From: the human T2T-CHM13v2.0 reference genome, Homo sapiens
Strand: one strand, 5' to 3'
Length of the DNA: 64,000 bases
Assembly (NCBI RefSeq): GCF_009914755.1
Contig: NC_060938.1
Position numbers and translations under genes: made by a program. Under the pieces are notes generated by a model. That model did no database searches, had not been told where the DNA came from, and saw nothing but the letters and a program-made list of their open reading frames with translations. How positions within the stretch are numbered: the stretch's first letter is position 1; each line of letters starts with the position of its first letter. This document shows positions 48,380-62,603 of the stretch, in pieces.

Positions 48380-50060
48380 ACTCCTGGAACCTGCTTCTCA
48401 GCCATGCGCGCCGGCGCAGCCCTGCTGTGTGGCCTTAGGCGCCCCTCTCCTGCCCCCGGGCCTCCCTCCACTGCGTGACCGTCCACATGGCCATGGCTGC
48501 TGCTCTGTGCCTGTCTCCTCATCTGTGAAATGAGGATACAGTCATGGACCTCATGGCGGGGGTGCGGGGGGAGGATGGTGGTGGACGGAGGCGGGGCAGG
48601 GCCTTGGACTACTGTGTGCAGTTTGGATTCCTCCAGGCTTAAAATCGGCTTCCATCCCCAACTCTCCAGCTCCCCGTCTCCACCCAGGCCATTTGAACGA
48701 TCTTGTTGAAAAGCACAGTGGTTTCCAAAGCAAATCCAAGTCTTGTGCGGCTCTGGGCTGAGGGTCCCACGCTTTTCACCCAGACCTATAATCATCACAG
48801 ATGTTTAGAGGAGGTGGTAAGTACAGAGCTGCATGCTTTATTTCTGCTGACCCAGGCCCCCACCCTCCTCCCTCCTGGGTACCAGGCTGCCTCCCAGGCT
48901 AGCGGGGCTGGTGCCTCTGTCTCCTCCTAACACTCCTGAGATTTGCATCCCCGCAGACGCCAGGCGCGGCGCTGCCCCAGGAGGTGGGGTGTTTAGAACC
49001 CGCTCCCCGGGCTCGCCCAGGAGCTTTGTGTTTAGTAAAGGCAGCAGTCAGTTCCCTGGTAGGCTCAGGGAAGGACGACAGCTCCCGGCTCAGTCCTCAG
49101 CCTCCAACCCCCACTCTTCAATCTCCTTCCCAGACCAATGACCCCCTCTGCGGGAGAACCTGCGGCGAAAGGCAGAGCCCCAGAGCAGGGTCTGGAGTGG
49201 CAGGACCGGCAGCCAATGAAGGTGAAGGCCGAGCATTACATCATCACCGTGGTCTCCCATTGGTTTACATCCTGGGCTTCCTGACTCCGCCTCCCAGCCT
49301 TAACAATGGGCCTCTCTGCTCCCCAGGCTTCTGACCCTGGTGCCAGCTTTGCCCAGAAGGCCACAGTCGGGCAGAGTCCTGGGCTAGGCGGGAGCCCGAG
49401 GTCTGGGCTGAGCCACTAACTAGGGGTGAGGCATAGTGTTGCCAGGTGTCATCTTCCTCACCTGCAAGAGGAGAGGGTTCCAGCTGTTAATCTCGGGTTC
49501 TGCCGCAGTTCACCCACCACCACACACTCGCCCATGAACGTCCTCCTCGCAGACCCCGGGGACCCTGGCCGGCCAGGGGTCTGGTCTGCCATGGGCTCCC
49601 TTTCCTCCCCAGAGCCTGGCAGGAAGTGAACATATGGAATGATGGTTAATGTTAACTGATGTTTTCTAAAGAGCACACACTGGGCTAAGCCTTATACATT
49701 ATTTTATTCGTGTCCTAAATATTAGCCCCCCACGCGGCCCTAATTGTTCAGAGACAAGCACTGACTCTGAGGCTGGGCCAGGTTGAGTGATGGCCAAGGC
49801 CACGGACCTGGTGAGGGGGACAGTCAGGATTCGAACCCAGGCGGCTGGCTCCAGAGCCCTTCAAACGATGCCATGGGAATGGATGGGGGTCACTAGCCTC
49901 CCTATTGTGACTCGTTTGAGCTCTTAGCCCGGCGTGTAGTCTGGCGGGAGCCGTCCCTGGATGGGGGTCACTAGCCTCCCCATTGTGACTCGTTTGAGCT
50001 CTTAGCCAGGCGTGTAGTCTGGCGGGAGCCGTCGCGGCTGGCTCGGCAGCTCCAGGCTAT
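48380..50060. promoter_or_regulatory. GC/CpG-enriched candidate enhancer or promoter
   Basis: Local CpG retention outside Alus; motif cluster at 49211-49309 (CCAAT, ATTACATCA, ATTGG, CTTCCTG, CCGCCTCCC, AACAATGG). Confidence 0.5.
49880..50033. repeat. 78-bp-period tandem duplication (2 copies)
   Basis: 49880-49955 vs 49958-50033, 2 mismatches in 76 bp. Confidence 0.97.
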
Positions 50061-51689
50061 TCCGAGGAACAGTCTTCAGAGAGCCTGGGGTGCTGATGGG
50101 GAAAAGCTGTTGCTGAGATTTGACAAGTTTGGTCCTGAGATGTCAGAAAGGATTTCAGCTCTTCTGCCACCCCAAGGACGGTGGCGCGTAAATCACAGTG
50201 AGCTGGCTTATGTCAGGTCAACTGTGGAATTTGATCCTAGCGCATTGCTCCCTCCTCTTCCTTGCCTGCGTCTCTCCCTCTCTCAGCTCTAGTTTGAGAT
50301 CAGCACAGATTCCCTGGGTGATTTTTGAGAAAACTGCCTCCTCTTTAGGACTTGGCATCCCCTAACCTGCATCAGGAAAGGGTGGCGACAGATACTCTCA
50401 CACCCAGGGAGGCTGCAAGGCCCACCCTCTACCCTCCACCTGGGTTCTCTGGCGTCGAGACTTGTGCCCTACAGTTCTGGGCCGTTGGGGTGATGTCCCA
50501 GTGGGACCAGGGTGAGGGTGCAGGTATCTGAGGGAGTAGTAGGACCAGAACCTCTAACCTTAGGGAGGCTTCCTGGGAGCCAAGCTTGGTGACTTAGAAT
50601 GTGAATGTCTGACCCATATCCCACTACCTTTTGGTGGGTGCTGCAGAGGACAACGGAGAGAGAGTCAACTCTGAAGAGTGGTCTTGTGGAAGAGGCAGCT
50701 GGCTGGTTCAGTGTGGCACTGGCAGCCTCCCTAAGGTTCCCAGGTAGAAGTTTCTGACAGGTAGATTTCAGCTGTGTTTAAGGAAGAACTTTGAAGTTGT
50801 CAGAATGAGCTGTCTTGTGATAGTGAGCTCCCTGTCTCCAGAGGCATGCAAGCAGGACACTTTCACTTATGCATTCAAGCTGACCTATGCAAGGCGTTGT
50901 GCTAAGTGCTAGGAGTGCAGAGGAGAACGAGACCCAGTGGGGAAACAGGCACTTGCAATGCTGCTGTGAGTGTGAGCAGAGGTCAGCGTGGGCATCTGGA
51001 GCACAGGGAGGGAGTCCTGAAGGCTGGGTTGAGGATGAGGATACAGCTCATTGCTGAGCCTTATGGTGAACCAGAAGTTTACCAGGCAGACAGGAGCTGG
51101 GGAGAGGGCTGGCATTCGTCCATTCAGGTTATGTTTTCTGAATTATATATAGAAGGACATGTTGCAGAAGAAATGCAAGTACAGTGAAGAATAAGACTGG
51201 GGAACTTTTACAATTCAGAGTGGCCTTCACTGTGGGCGGTCCGAATTGATCCCTGTATACAGGTGCTTCTGGGGTGACATTTTCCCTGCTCCATGGAGCT
51301 CCGGGAGGAGTGCGGACCAACCCCTTCTTTGCAGGCCTGTCTGTGGGGTGCCACTCCTCCTCCCACCTCCCCACTGCACAGACAGCCCATCAGTGTCCCT
51401 GAGCTGCTCCAGAAGGATGCAGCTCTGAGGAGGCTCTGGGAGCGGTGTATCCTAGCAACCTCTGAGGCTGGCATCTGCAGGGCTAGGCCCAGACTCAAGG
51501 CTCTTTCTAATTTGCCAGCCTTCCCTTAATGATAAGCTTTCCCACACGGATGTGGAGTGGGGAGGAAGAGGGGAGAAGTGGGCAGGAAGTGTTGCCTCCA
51601 ACCCCATCACAGAGTAGGTCAAGCCTCACCCACAATACTGCCGGGGATGGGGAAGGAGGGAGGGCACAGTGAGTCCGTTAACTGAATAT

Positions 51690-52825
<1,136 letters not shown>

Positions 52826-53689
52826 TGAGTCTTACAAACTCGCGATTATTTCACCATTTTTGACTTTCAAAATGATTTAATGTGGTGCAAAGCAATCCTT
52901 TGGTGTACGCTGGAAATTTTTTCACAATAAAACATTCTTTTCAAGCAAAAGGTGAAGGGCAAACCTGCTTTTGCAGGAGGCTCTGCTCAGGAAAGAGGTA
53001 CCCAAGACTCACACTAAAATCTGTAGGGCTGTCATTAAAAAAGCCAAAAATGACTCTCAGAGGCAGCTGTAACTTGCATGAATTATTTCTGTTCAGATAA
53101 TAATAATAGTAATAGCAATAACGATGATAATAATAATAATTTACTGGTTGCTGTCAGCAAATGCTGAGCAACATGCCTGGATATGTTGGAACTGCAGAAG
53201 ATGGCTTCATTAATGTCTTAGTTGCTCAATAAGGAACAATAAAAAGTTAAAGGAATCCAAACAAGCAGTAGACCAGGCATTGAATGGAAATTCTTCTTGC
53301 TTGCAGGAGGCAGCACCCAGGGTCATTCCTGGAGCATAAACGATCCCTGCAGAACATGGGCTAGAAGACCCCACAGTGGGGCAGAGGCAGGTCCTGGACT
53401 GGGATCCCAGCAGTGAGAAGACCTGGACATCAACCCTATTTCATTGTGCCTCTGCAAATCTCCCAACTTTTGGAGCTGTAGCTGCAAGCTCAGACTTGTG
53501 GTTTCCTGTACCTGGAGGAGGCCCAGGTCATTCTGTTAAGTCCCTTGTCTATTTCCTGCTTTTATCTGGATGCTGAGTTAATTATTTGATCCAACAATAA
53601 AACTAACAAGGTTTTATTTGTTTTTAATGTCTTCTCTTTGCTGAACGCTGTGCTGGGTGCTGTAGCTGACATGGTTTTTGTCTTAACAG

Positions 53690-53895
53690 CTCATGAATCA
53701 AATCCCAGCTCCACCTTTTATAGCTTTAGACAAGCATTTAACCACCACTTGGGCCTGTTTCCTTACCTGCAAAGTGGGGATAATGACAGTTAATAGCTAC
53801 TTCATTGTGACTTTGTGAGGATTAAATAAGATACGGCAGATAAACTACTTAATAGGGTCTGGCACATTGTAAGCCTCAATAAATGGCAGCTACTT
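53690..53895 (+). mobile_element. MIR
   Basis: caaatcccagctccacc...gtttccttacctgcaaagtgggg...gtgaggattaaat...caataaatggcagct. Confidence 0.75.
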
Positions 53896-54044
53896 CTTGT
53901 ATTATTATTATTGTATAAAACTATGAGTGTTTAACAATGAATATATAGTAAACTGTGATTCTGAGTGATGTATGATGTAAGATATCCTCCAGGACTGGTG
54001 TCACAGGGAAGTCTTGCACTAGACCTTGAAGGTTAAGACTCAGA

Positions 54045-54515
54045 AACTGCTAGATGCCCCCCATTACTGACTATCCCCATTTCCTTTAATAACAAAGCTG
54101 AGACTACATTTCCTAGCCTCCCTTGCTGCTAGATATGGCCATGTGATTAACTTCTGGCCGAGGAAATGGATGCACAAGTGTTATGTGGAACTATTGGAAA
54201 GGCTGCTTAAAAGGAACTGGTTGAGTGGGAAAGAGAATCCCTTTGTCCCATTTCTTTCTACTGCTGGTCTGGAATCCTGATGTGATGGCTTGAGCCCCAG
54301 CATCCATGCTCGGGAGTGAGTTAAGGGTTTCTTAATAAGACCTTGCATATAAAAATATGCACCAGGGATGATGGAGCATGATGGAAGCCTGGGTTTCTGA
54401 TGACAATGTGGAGTCACTATAATGTCCCTATCTCCTTACTTCATGTGGGTATGAGAGAAGTAAGCTATCTTGTTGAAGTCCCCCTTTTTGCTGTTAAATG
54501 CAGCCAAGCTTACTC
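54045..54515 (+). mobile_element. ERVL LTR16-type fragment
   Basis: gactacatttcctagcctcccttgctgctagatatggccatgtga. Confidence 0.55.
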
Positions 54516-54516
54516 T

Positions 54517-54702
54517 CAGGGATGGTATTGAAAATATTTAACAGCCAGAATGGCACGGGCACTGATGAGGAAGGGTTTAAGGTAGCAGAAGGCTTAGAAC
54601 CACAGATATTTACCAACCAGTATGAAAGTATTTAAATATTTTAACAACCAGCTTAGTCATAGCAATACAAAACAGCTGAGAACCAGCTGAATACTAGCCC
54701 TG
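54517..54702. mobile_element. hAT-type MITE (ORSL-like)
   Basis: Terminal inverted repeats CAGGGATGGTATT / AATACTAGCCCTG; internal aatatttaac..ccag motifs. Confidence 0.6.
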
Positions 54703-55175
54703 CCTAACCTTAACTAATACAATCCATAATATTTGGGAATAGCTAAAAAAAAAAAAAAAACCAAGAAGATGGCCATTCAGGCCATGGGTACAGCCTGAGT
54801 AAAGGTTTAGAGGGTGAAGGGAGCTCCATGAGTTGATGTACAATGAGAACTGGAAATCAACCTGACTTGGTGGGAAGGTTCTCTTGAGTGTGTGTATGTG
54901 AGTGTGTGTGGATTATAAGAGGGGCTGGAAGATATCATTGGAAATAACACCAAAGAGGTCAAATAAACCAGACTGTGGAAGCCTGTGAGGATTTAAGGCA
55001 ATAAGGAGGATTTGTGGGCTTTTGGGTGAGTAAGAGAGCAGATGACCCCTGGGAGTGAGGAATCTCGGCTTTGCAGTGCCAGGCGGTTTTTCAGTTAGCA
55101 CTGCAGTGTAGCACGCCATTCCTATTAGTCAAAGAAATCACAAGTCCACCCAGATTCAAGAGAGAGCAGGCATAG

Positions 55176-55597
<422 letters not shown>

Positions 55598-55838
55598 CAC
55601 CTGTCTTGTTAAGAAGTCCCTCAGAGTGGGTACCTTCTCTTTCTTAGCAGTTCCAGCCTGCTCAGAAGTATTAGGAGGCTCTCGCTATCTTCTAAATGGG
55701 ATATGCAGTGTGCACTGAAATTATTTATGGAAACCAACTCTATCTTTGGTGGAAAATGTCCAAGAAAAAGCATAAGCACTGAAGTAATTAGCTAATATAA
55801 TTGAAATGAAGGGAATAGTTCAGACTCTTTAAGTATGA

Positions 55839-56151
<313 letters not shown>

Positions 56152-56591
56152 TGAGACACGGATTTTTTTCAGTGAGAGGTGATATAATCCCCATCACTAT
56201 CCCAAATGGGATATGGAGTCACTCAGTTAGCAAAATTTTCCCGAGTGTCCACTAGATGCCAAGCATCGTGCTAGGTCCAGGTTGAAGATGAAGGTGACCT
56301 GCCTCCTACCTGCAAGCTGCTGAAATGCAACGGAAATGACCAAAAAATGTGGACAGTGATGTGCTAAGTGCTCTGATGGAAGGCAAAAGGTAAGGCGTCT
56401 GGGAAGGTGGGAATGAATGGGCTCCAGGGAGCCACCTTGAGCTGAGTTTTGGAGAAGGAGACTAGTGTACCAGGAACTCAGGGGCAAAGCAGGGCAAGGA
56501 CCTTCCAGGCAACCCTGGTAGTTTCCTGAGGCTGGATCTTCTCAACCACGGCTGAATGTTGATCTGTCACACAGGCCCAAAGGAGAGATGG

Positions 56592-56620
56592 AGAGAGACA
56601 GACAGACAGATACACACACA

Positions 56621-56684
<64 letters not shown>
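56592..56684. repeat. compound (GACA)n/(CA)n/(GA)n microsatellite
   Basis: About (CA)16 directly followed by (GA)15. Confidence 0.95.
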
Positions 56685-56688
<4 letters not shown>

Positions 56689-57022
56689 CTTTTATCATAG
56701 TCTTAAGATAAACAAGTCAGAAACACACCAGAGACCAATCATACAGCAACATGAGGACATTTCATGAAGGGGCAAGCAGCACCCCCAAATCTCCATAAGC
56801 CCAGAGAGAATCATCCAATCATATTTAGGGCAATTCTGGGCCATCTGCATTTAAAATGATCTCTTGGATCTATTGTTTGAATGAGGCACATTTTAAAGAA
56901 CACTATATCTTAAAGGAAAGTCAATTATCCTTACTTAAGTTTACAAAGGACGTTTTATACATACACTTTCTTTTCTTTTTTCCCCTGCATCTTCTTAGAG
57001 CAAGAAAGGAATACACATATGC

Positions 57023-57516
<494 letters not shown>

Positions 57517-58113
57517 TACACTTTAGTCTAATTTTCTTGACAGACCTGAGAGGCAGTTTATGCCCATTTTCCTGATAAGGCTCAGAAAGGTTGAGTGGCT
57601 TGTTCAAGGTCACTCCATTAAAATCAGAGATGGGACTCCAACCTAGTTCTTCAGAAATGTTTTACTTTATTGGATAATTAATTTCTGTGGAGCAGCTGAT
57701 TCTTCTGTGCCAAATCAATGACAGGTGAATGAATTCAGGGTGACATTATGGAGAGGAGGAAGTAGTGTTCTTTCATCGTGTTGACCCCCTAGAGTCACTC
57801 TGGGCTTTGACAATCCGGTGGTAGGAAGAGGAAGAAAGAGTGTGGAGCATTCGAAGGGAGATTTTCTGGGCAAGGTCGGGTCATGATGCACATCCCATCA
57901 GCTCCCATTCTATGGTCAGGACTGTCATGTAGCCCCATTGCAAGGCCAGGGTGGCTGGGAAATAGAGTCCCCAATTAGCCAGGCACTTCTCAGCCACCAT
58001 TTACACTAAGGAACAAGGCATGTGAGTGCTCAATGTTCCAATGCTCATCTCTGCTGCAAGACAACACTTTCTGAGTGCTTATGATCTACCAGGCAATGTT
58101 CTAAGAGCTCCAC

Positions 58114-58400
58114 TTTTTTTTTTTTCTTTTTGGAGACAGGGTTTCACTGTCACCCAGGCTGGGGTGATTATAGCTCACTGCAGTCTCAAACTCCCAGGTT
58201 CAAGCCATCTTCCCATCTCAGCATCCCAAGTAGCTGGGACTGCAGGTGTGTGCCACCACCCCGGGATAATTATACAAATTTTTTTTTTGTAGAGATGGGA
58301 TCTCCCTATGTTGCCCATGCTGGCCTCAAACTCCTGGCCTCAAGTGATCCTCCCTCCTCAGCCTCCCAAAGCACTAGGGTTACAGATGTGAGCCACTGTG
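58114..58400 (-). mobile_element. Alu (AluJ)
   Basis: Diverged reverse Alu. Confidence 0.9.
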
Positions 58401-58599
58401 TTAATGCATTTAATCCTCACAACACTCCCCTAGGTGGAGGTATTCCTGTGAGTCCCATTTTAGGATGAGGAGCCTAAGGCACCGAGAGTGGTTGAGAAAC
58501 TGGACTCACACTGAGATCCCTGCTGGAACTAGGAGCCCGATGGGCCCCACCCCCTGCATTCCTCCATGATTTTTCCTCTGGATGCCTCCTGTCTCGGCC

Positions 58600-59200
58600 T
58601 CCTCCTCACCATTCCTTTAACCCTGTTCCAGGTCACACCGTTTCATGTCTCCTGCGTCCTCCTTTCCCTCAGCTTCTCCCCTTCCATCCACTTCCCACCA
58701 TGCTGCCAGGGATCTTAATGAAAGTCAAGTGTGATCCTGTTCCTGCACCTTCTTACCAGCACCCATATGTAGCCTCAGGATCAAGTGCAGACTCCCTTCC
58801 TTGGCATCCTAGGCTGATGCCATTTGGCTCCAACCACGTCTTCCTCCTAATCTCTCACCACCCTGTGTGCACCAAATATGCCAGGCTGCAGTGCCTCTGA
58901 GCTTCTACCATCCTCACAAAGAGCCTAATTGTGAATCTAGGCCTTTGCAACGCTGTTCCTTCTTTCTAGAATGTTCTTCTCTTCTTGCATTTGCCAAATT
59001 CTCAGTTCCTGAAGACGACGCTCAGAAGCCGCCACCCTATGCCTCCCCTCTTGGCTTCCCCAGCCAGGTCCATCCCTCCCTCCTCTGTGCTCCTGGGATT
59101 GGAGTTTTCCTGCAGACGGAAGCCCTTCCCACATGGCCTTGTTGTTGGCTCTTTACTTGTGTATCTCCCTCCCCAGACCAGGAGCAATTTTAGATCAGGA
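58600..59200 (+). mobile_element. L2 fragment
   Basis: Pyrimidine-rich L2-like motifs (gctgccagggatctt, ggcctttgca..gctgttcct...tagaatg). Confidence 0.55.
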
Positions 59201-59364
59201 CAGATCTTACCCATTACCATGGGACCCAGAAGCGGGGCTGAGCCCTCACACTGGCATATCAGGAGGAGAGGGGCCTAGATTCCATGGCCTGCTCTGCCCC
59301 TGGCTAACTTTAGAGCCTGATCAGTGCCTCGCCTCTCTGTGAGAGGAGAGCATTTGTCCAGTCT

Positions 59365-59642
59365 GTGGTTTTGGACCCTGGGAACCTTGCAATTAATACT
59401 GATGGCCAAGAACCACCCCCAGGGATTCTGACTCAATTGCTCCCAGGCAATTCTAATATGAAGCCAGGGTTGAAAACCACTCTGAGTGCTTCCACCTCCT
59501 TGATGTGCACACAAGTCCCCTGGGCCTTGTCTAAGAGTCGTTTCTGGTGCAGTAGGTCTGGGGTGGGGCTGGCGTGTCTGCATTTCTCACAAGCTCCCAG
59601 GTGATGACAGTGCTGCTGGCCCACTGACCACCAGTGGAGTAG
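59365..59642. mobile_element. MER5-type hAT-Charlie fragments
   Basis: cagtaggtctggggtgggg...tctgcatttctcacaagctcccaggtgatg. Confidence 0.7.
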
Positions 59643-60188
59643 AAAGGACTTAGCCAATCTCTCCCATCCTTGGCCTGGCATTCAATGCCACTGAGATGGG
59701 AAGAGGAGACCTGGAGGCCTGCAGTTTAGGAAGGAGGGAAGGAGAGGTGGAGGGAAGTAGTGAGGCTGAGGATGTAGTCATACCTGAGTAGGGTGTGGGC
59801 AAGCAGCCACCCCCAGGGCGAGAGGCAGGAAGAGCAGCGTGGCCCCTGCCCTGTTCATTCACAAGCTCCCTGCTCCCTCCCAGCTGCTTAGGATTTCAGT
59901 CCTCATCAGGCCATCATTCCCATTCCAGCATCTGACTCTCATGATCCTGGCCCATGGGCCACATAATGACTTGTCTTTTGCAAGATCGATTTTGTTCTGT
60001 TATTTACTAATTGCTTAGTTATTATTTTGATGGACGGAACAAGGCACCCAGCCCTCTGGGCTCCTGTGAAACAAATTGACTTCTAGCCCACACCACTTGG
60101 ATAGATAATAGATCCTCCCATTGGAAAGCCCAGGCAGGTGTATGAGGACTCCATGTTCCCTGTGTCCCTTGCTCCTGAGGACAGATCC

Positions 60189-60563
60189 TGTATTAGTCTG
60201 TTCTCACACTGCTAATAAAGACATACCCGAGACTAGGTAATTTATAAAGGAAAGAGGTTTAATTGAGTCACAGTTCCGCATGCCTGGGGAGGCCTCAGGA
60301 AACTTACAATTATGGCAGAAGGGGAAGCAAACATGTCCTTCTTCACATGGTGGCATCAAGCAGAAGTGCCCAGCAAAAGGGGGAAAAGCCCCTTATAAAA
60401 CCATCACATCTCATGAGAACTCACTATCACGAGAACAACAGCATAGGGGTAACCACCCCTATGATTCAATTACCTCCCACTGGGTCCCTCCCACGATATA
60501 TGGGGATTATGGGAGCTACAACTCAAAATGAGATTTGGGTGAAAACACAGCCAAACCATATCC
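60189..60563 (-). mobile_element. THE1 (C/D-like) MaLR solo LTR
   Basis: tgtattagtctgttctcacactgctaataaagacatacccgagact...cacagccaaaccatatc; flanks GATCC/GACCC. Confidence 0.9.
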
Positions 60564-61179
60564 GACCCCCTTTGCCTTACATCAGGTGGGCTTTTGTGGA
60601 GTAGCTACCCCATCTGGTAACCTCTATAGCTGAGGTCAGAGCTCCTCCTTGGGGACCCTGATTGCTAAGGGGGCAGATGTCCTGAGCTCCAGCAGGGGAG
60701 AGAGAGGGAGACTGGCTCAGGAAAAGAGCTATCCAAGCCAGAGGGAAGCAGACAAATAGAGAAAAGGCCTATCCAAGGCCAGACCCTCCCCTGTCCCCGC
60801 CACAGTCTTATGGGGTCTTCATGTCTACTGGCATTATTATTGCCTCCACCGTCAGGCTCGGGGCTCCAGCAGCATCTGAATTTGATTCATCCCTGTTATC
60901 CCAGGATCCAGTGTAGGGCTTGATGGAGTTGATGAGGTCCTGTACATCCCACAGGAGAAGAATGACCAAGAGCTAGAATTCCAGTAGCTGTACCCAGCCT
61001 AGCATTTGCCACTCATCCACCACGCATGTGATGTGTTTGACTCTTGCTCCCAGTAGCTCACATTTATGACGCATGCTTCCTATGCTAGGTTATACTCTGG
61101 TGTGTTGTTTATTCATAGCCAGTATTTCCACTTGATGAGATCCTATGGGATTTTGCAACTTATGTAACAAACTCTTAGG

Positions 61180-61365
61180 GAGCATTTGCTGTGAGCTGAA
61201 TACTTTTTTAGGTGTTTATCTAGTCCTCATAATGGTCCTATGAAGTAAGTATAGTCATTATCCACATTTTATGGAAAGCTGAAGCACAGAGAGATGAAGT
61301 AAACCTGCCAGGAAGTGAGGAGGTGGGATTCAAACCCAGGCTCCCTGGCTCCTGAGCCTGTGCCA
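61180..61365 (-). mobile_element. MIR
   Basis: gaagcacagagagatgaagtaa...gggattcaaacccagg. Confidence 0.65.
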
Positions 61366-62603
61366 TCGCCCTCAGCTAAGCTGCCTCTCCTGGGTTTTCT
61401 CATTTCCAACCATTCTCTCTTTTTTGGATGTTGTATGCCTGCCTTGATCATCATAAAGTAGTCTCCAAACTTTTTGATCATACACTCCATCAGTAAACAT
61501 TTTGGAGCATGTTTTCCTCCAATATATGTATGGAATGCCTGCAAATTATATACAAGCACCACTGTCAGAAATTAATATCTCAAGGCTTGGTATGCATTTA
61601 GTGCAATGATGGAAATAAATCCACATTTCAAATAGTCCCCTTAAGAATCTCAAATTCGAGGGCAGGAAATTGTTCCAGATTTGTCACTGGTTTTATTTCA
61701 TATTCTGTCATTTGCTTTATTTTTTTCTCCTGTGCTTAAGTAAGTAGTACTGTCTTCACTTCGTAGGTCCTTTGCAGGAGTCCTTTTAAGTCATCTATCC
61801 AGTAGGTGAGGGCTGATTTAATGAAGAGTAGATACTTTGCAAACCCAGTTTCCTGGACAAACTTGAACTGCCTTACAGCACTAATGAAGGAAGCTCATTA
61901 ACCCCTTCACACTATGGCCACCTGACCCAGGATTACCTCAATATCAATTCGTAAATGAAATATGAGTAAATCCTCATTTCTTTCCTCATTTTTACACAAA
62001 GATATGAATAAAAATTCTAATATTATCTTCCTGCCCCTGGAGTGCACAGGCCCCCAATTACAGACTATTTCTTTGTCCTTCTCATGTTTATTAGCATAAT
62101 TTCTATGGGTTTCAGGGGTTGTTACATGTGATTCAAACATTTTCACACAGGTTAAACCCTTGGGTAACCAAACATTTTTAAATATCCACAGAAAATTATT
62201 TGATTAAATAAATACATGCTCAGGAACACAAACAATTCTCAGAAGCACTTTTATGTGCGGTGTTAAGTTCCAAACAAGTGATCCATGTTTAGCATTACAC
62301 ATGGTACAAATTCTAAGCTTGATTTTAACAGATTGAATAAACAAATGCTCCAAAGGGCTTAATGATTCCTTCAAGCAATTCCCACTTCCCTGTGGCTTGG
62401 TGGATCATTTACAAGGTAACAGGCCTGGGTCTTAGGTGAGCTTGGATGCTCGAGTGATCATCCGCTGGAGCAATCATGTGATTAGTGGGACCAGCTGGAC
62501 TTGTATCTCCCAAATAAGCATTTTAAGCAGAGAGATTTAATAGGGGAAGTGCCGAGTCTCAGAGAGACTAAAGCCCATACTGATAGTTAATGGTGGATTA
62601 ACT

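Noticed and set aside
53170-53189. p53-like pair CAACATGCCT GGATATGTTG
   Set aside because: Second half-site lacks the invariant C
56248-56262. CTCF-like CCACTAGATGCC (and CCACTAGGGTCG near 26671)
   Set aside because: Mismatch in the core GGC positions; not supportable without ChIP
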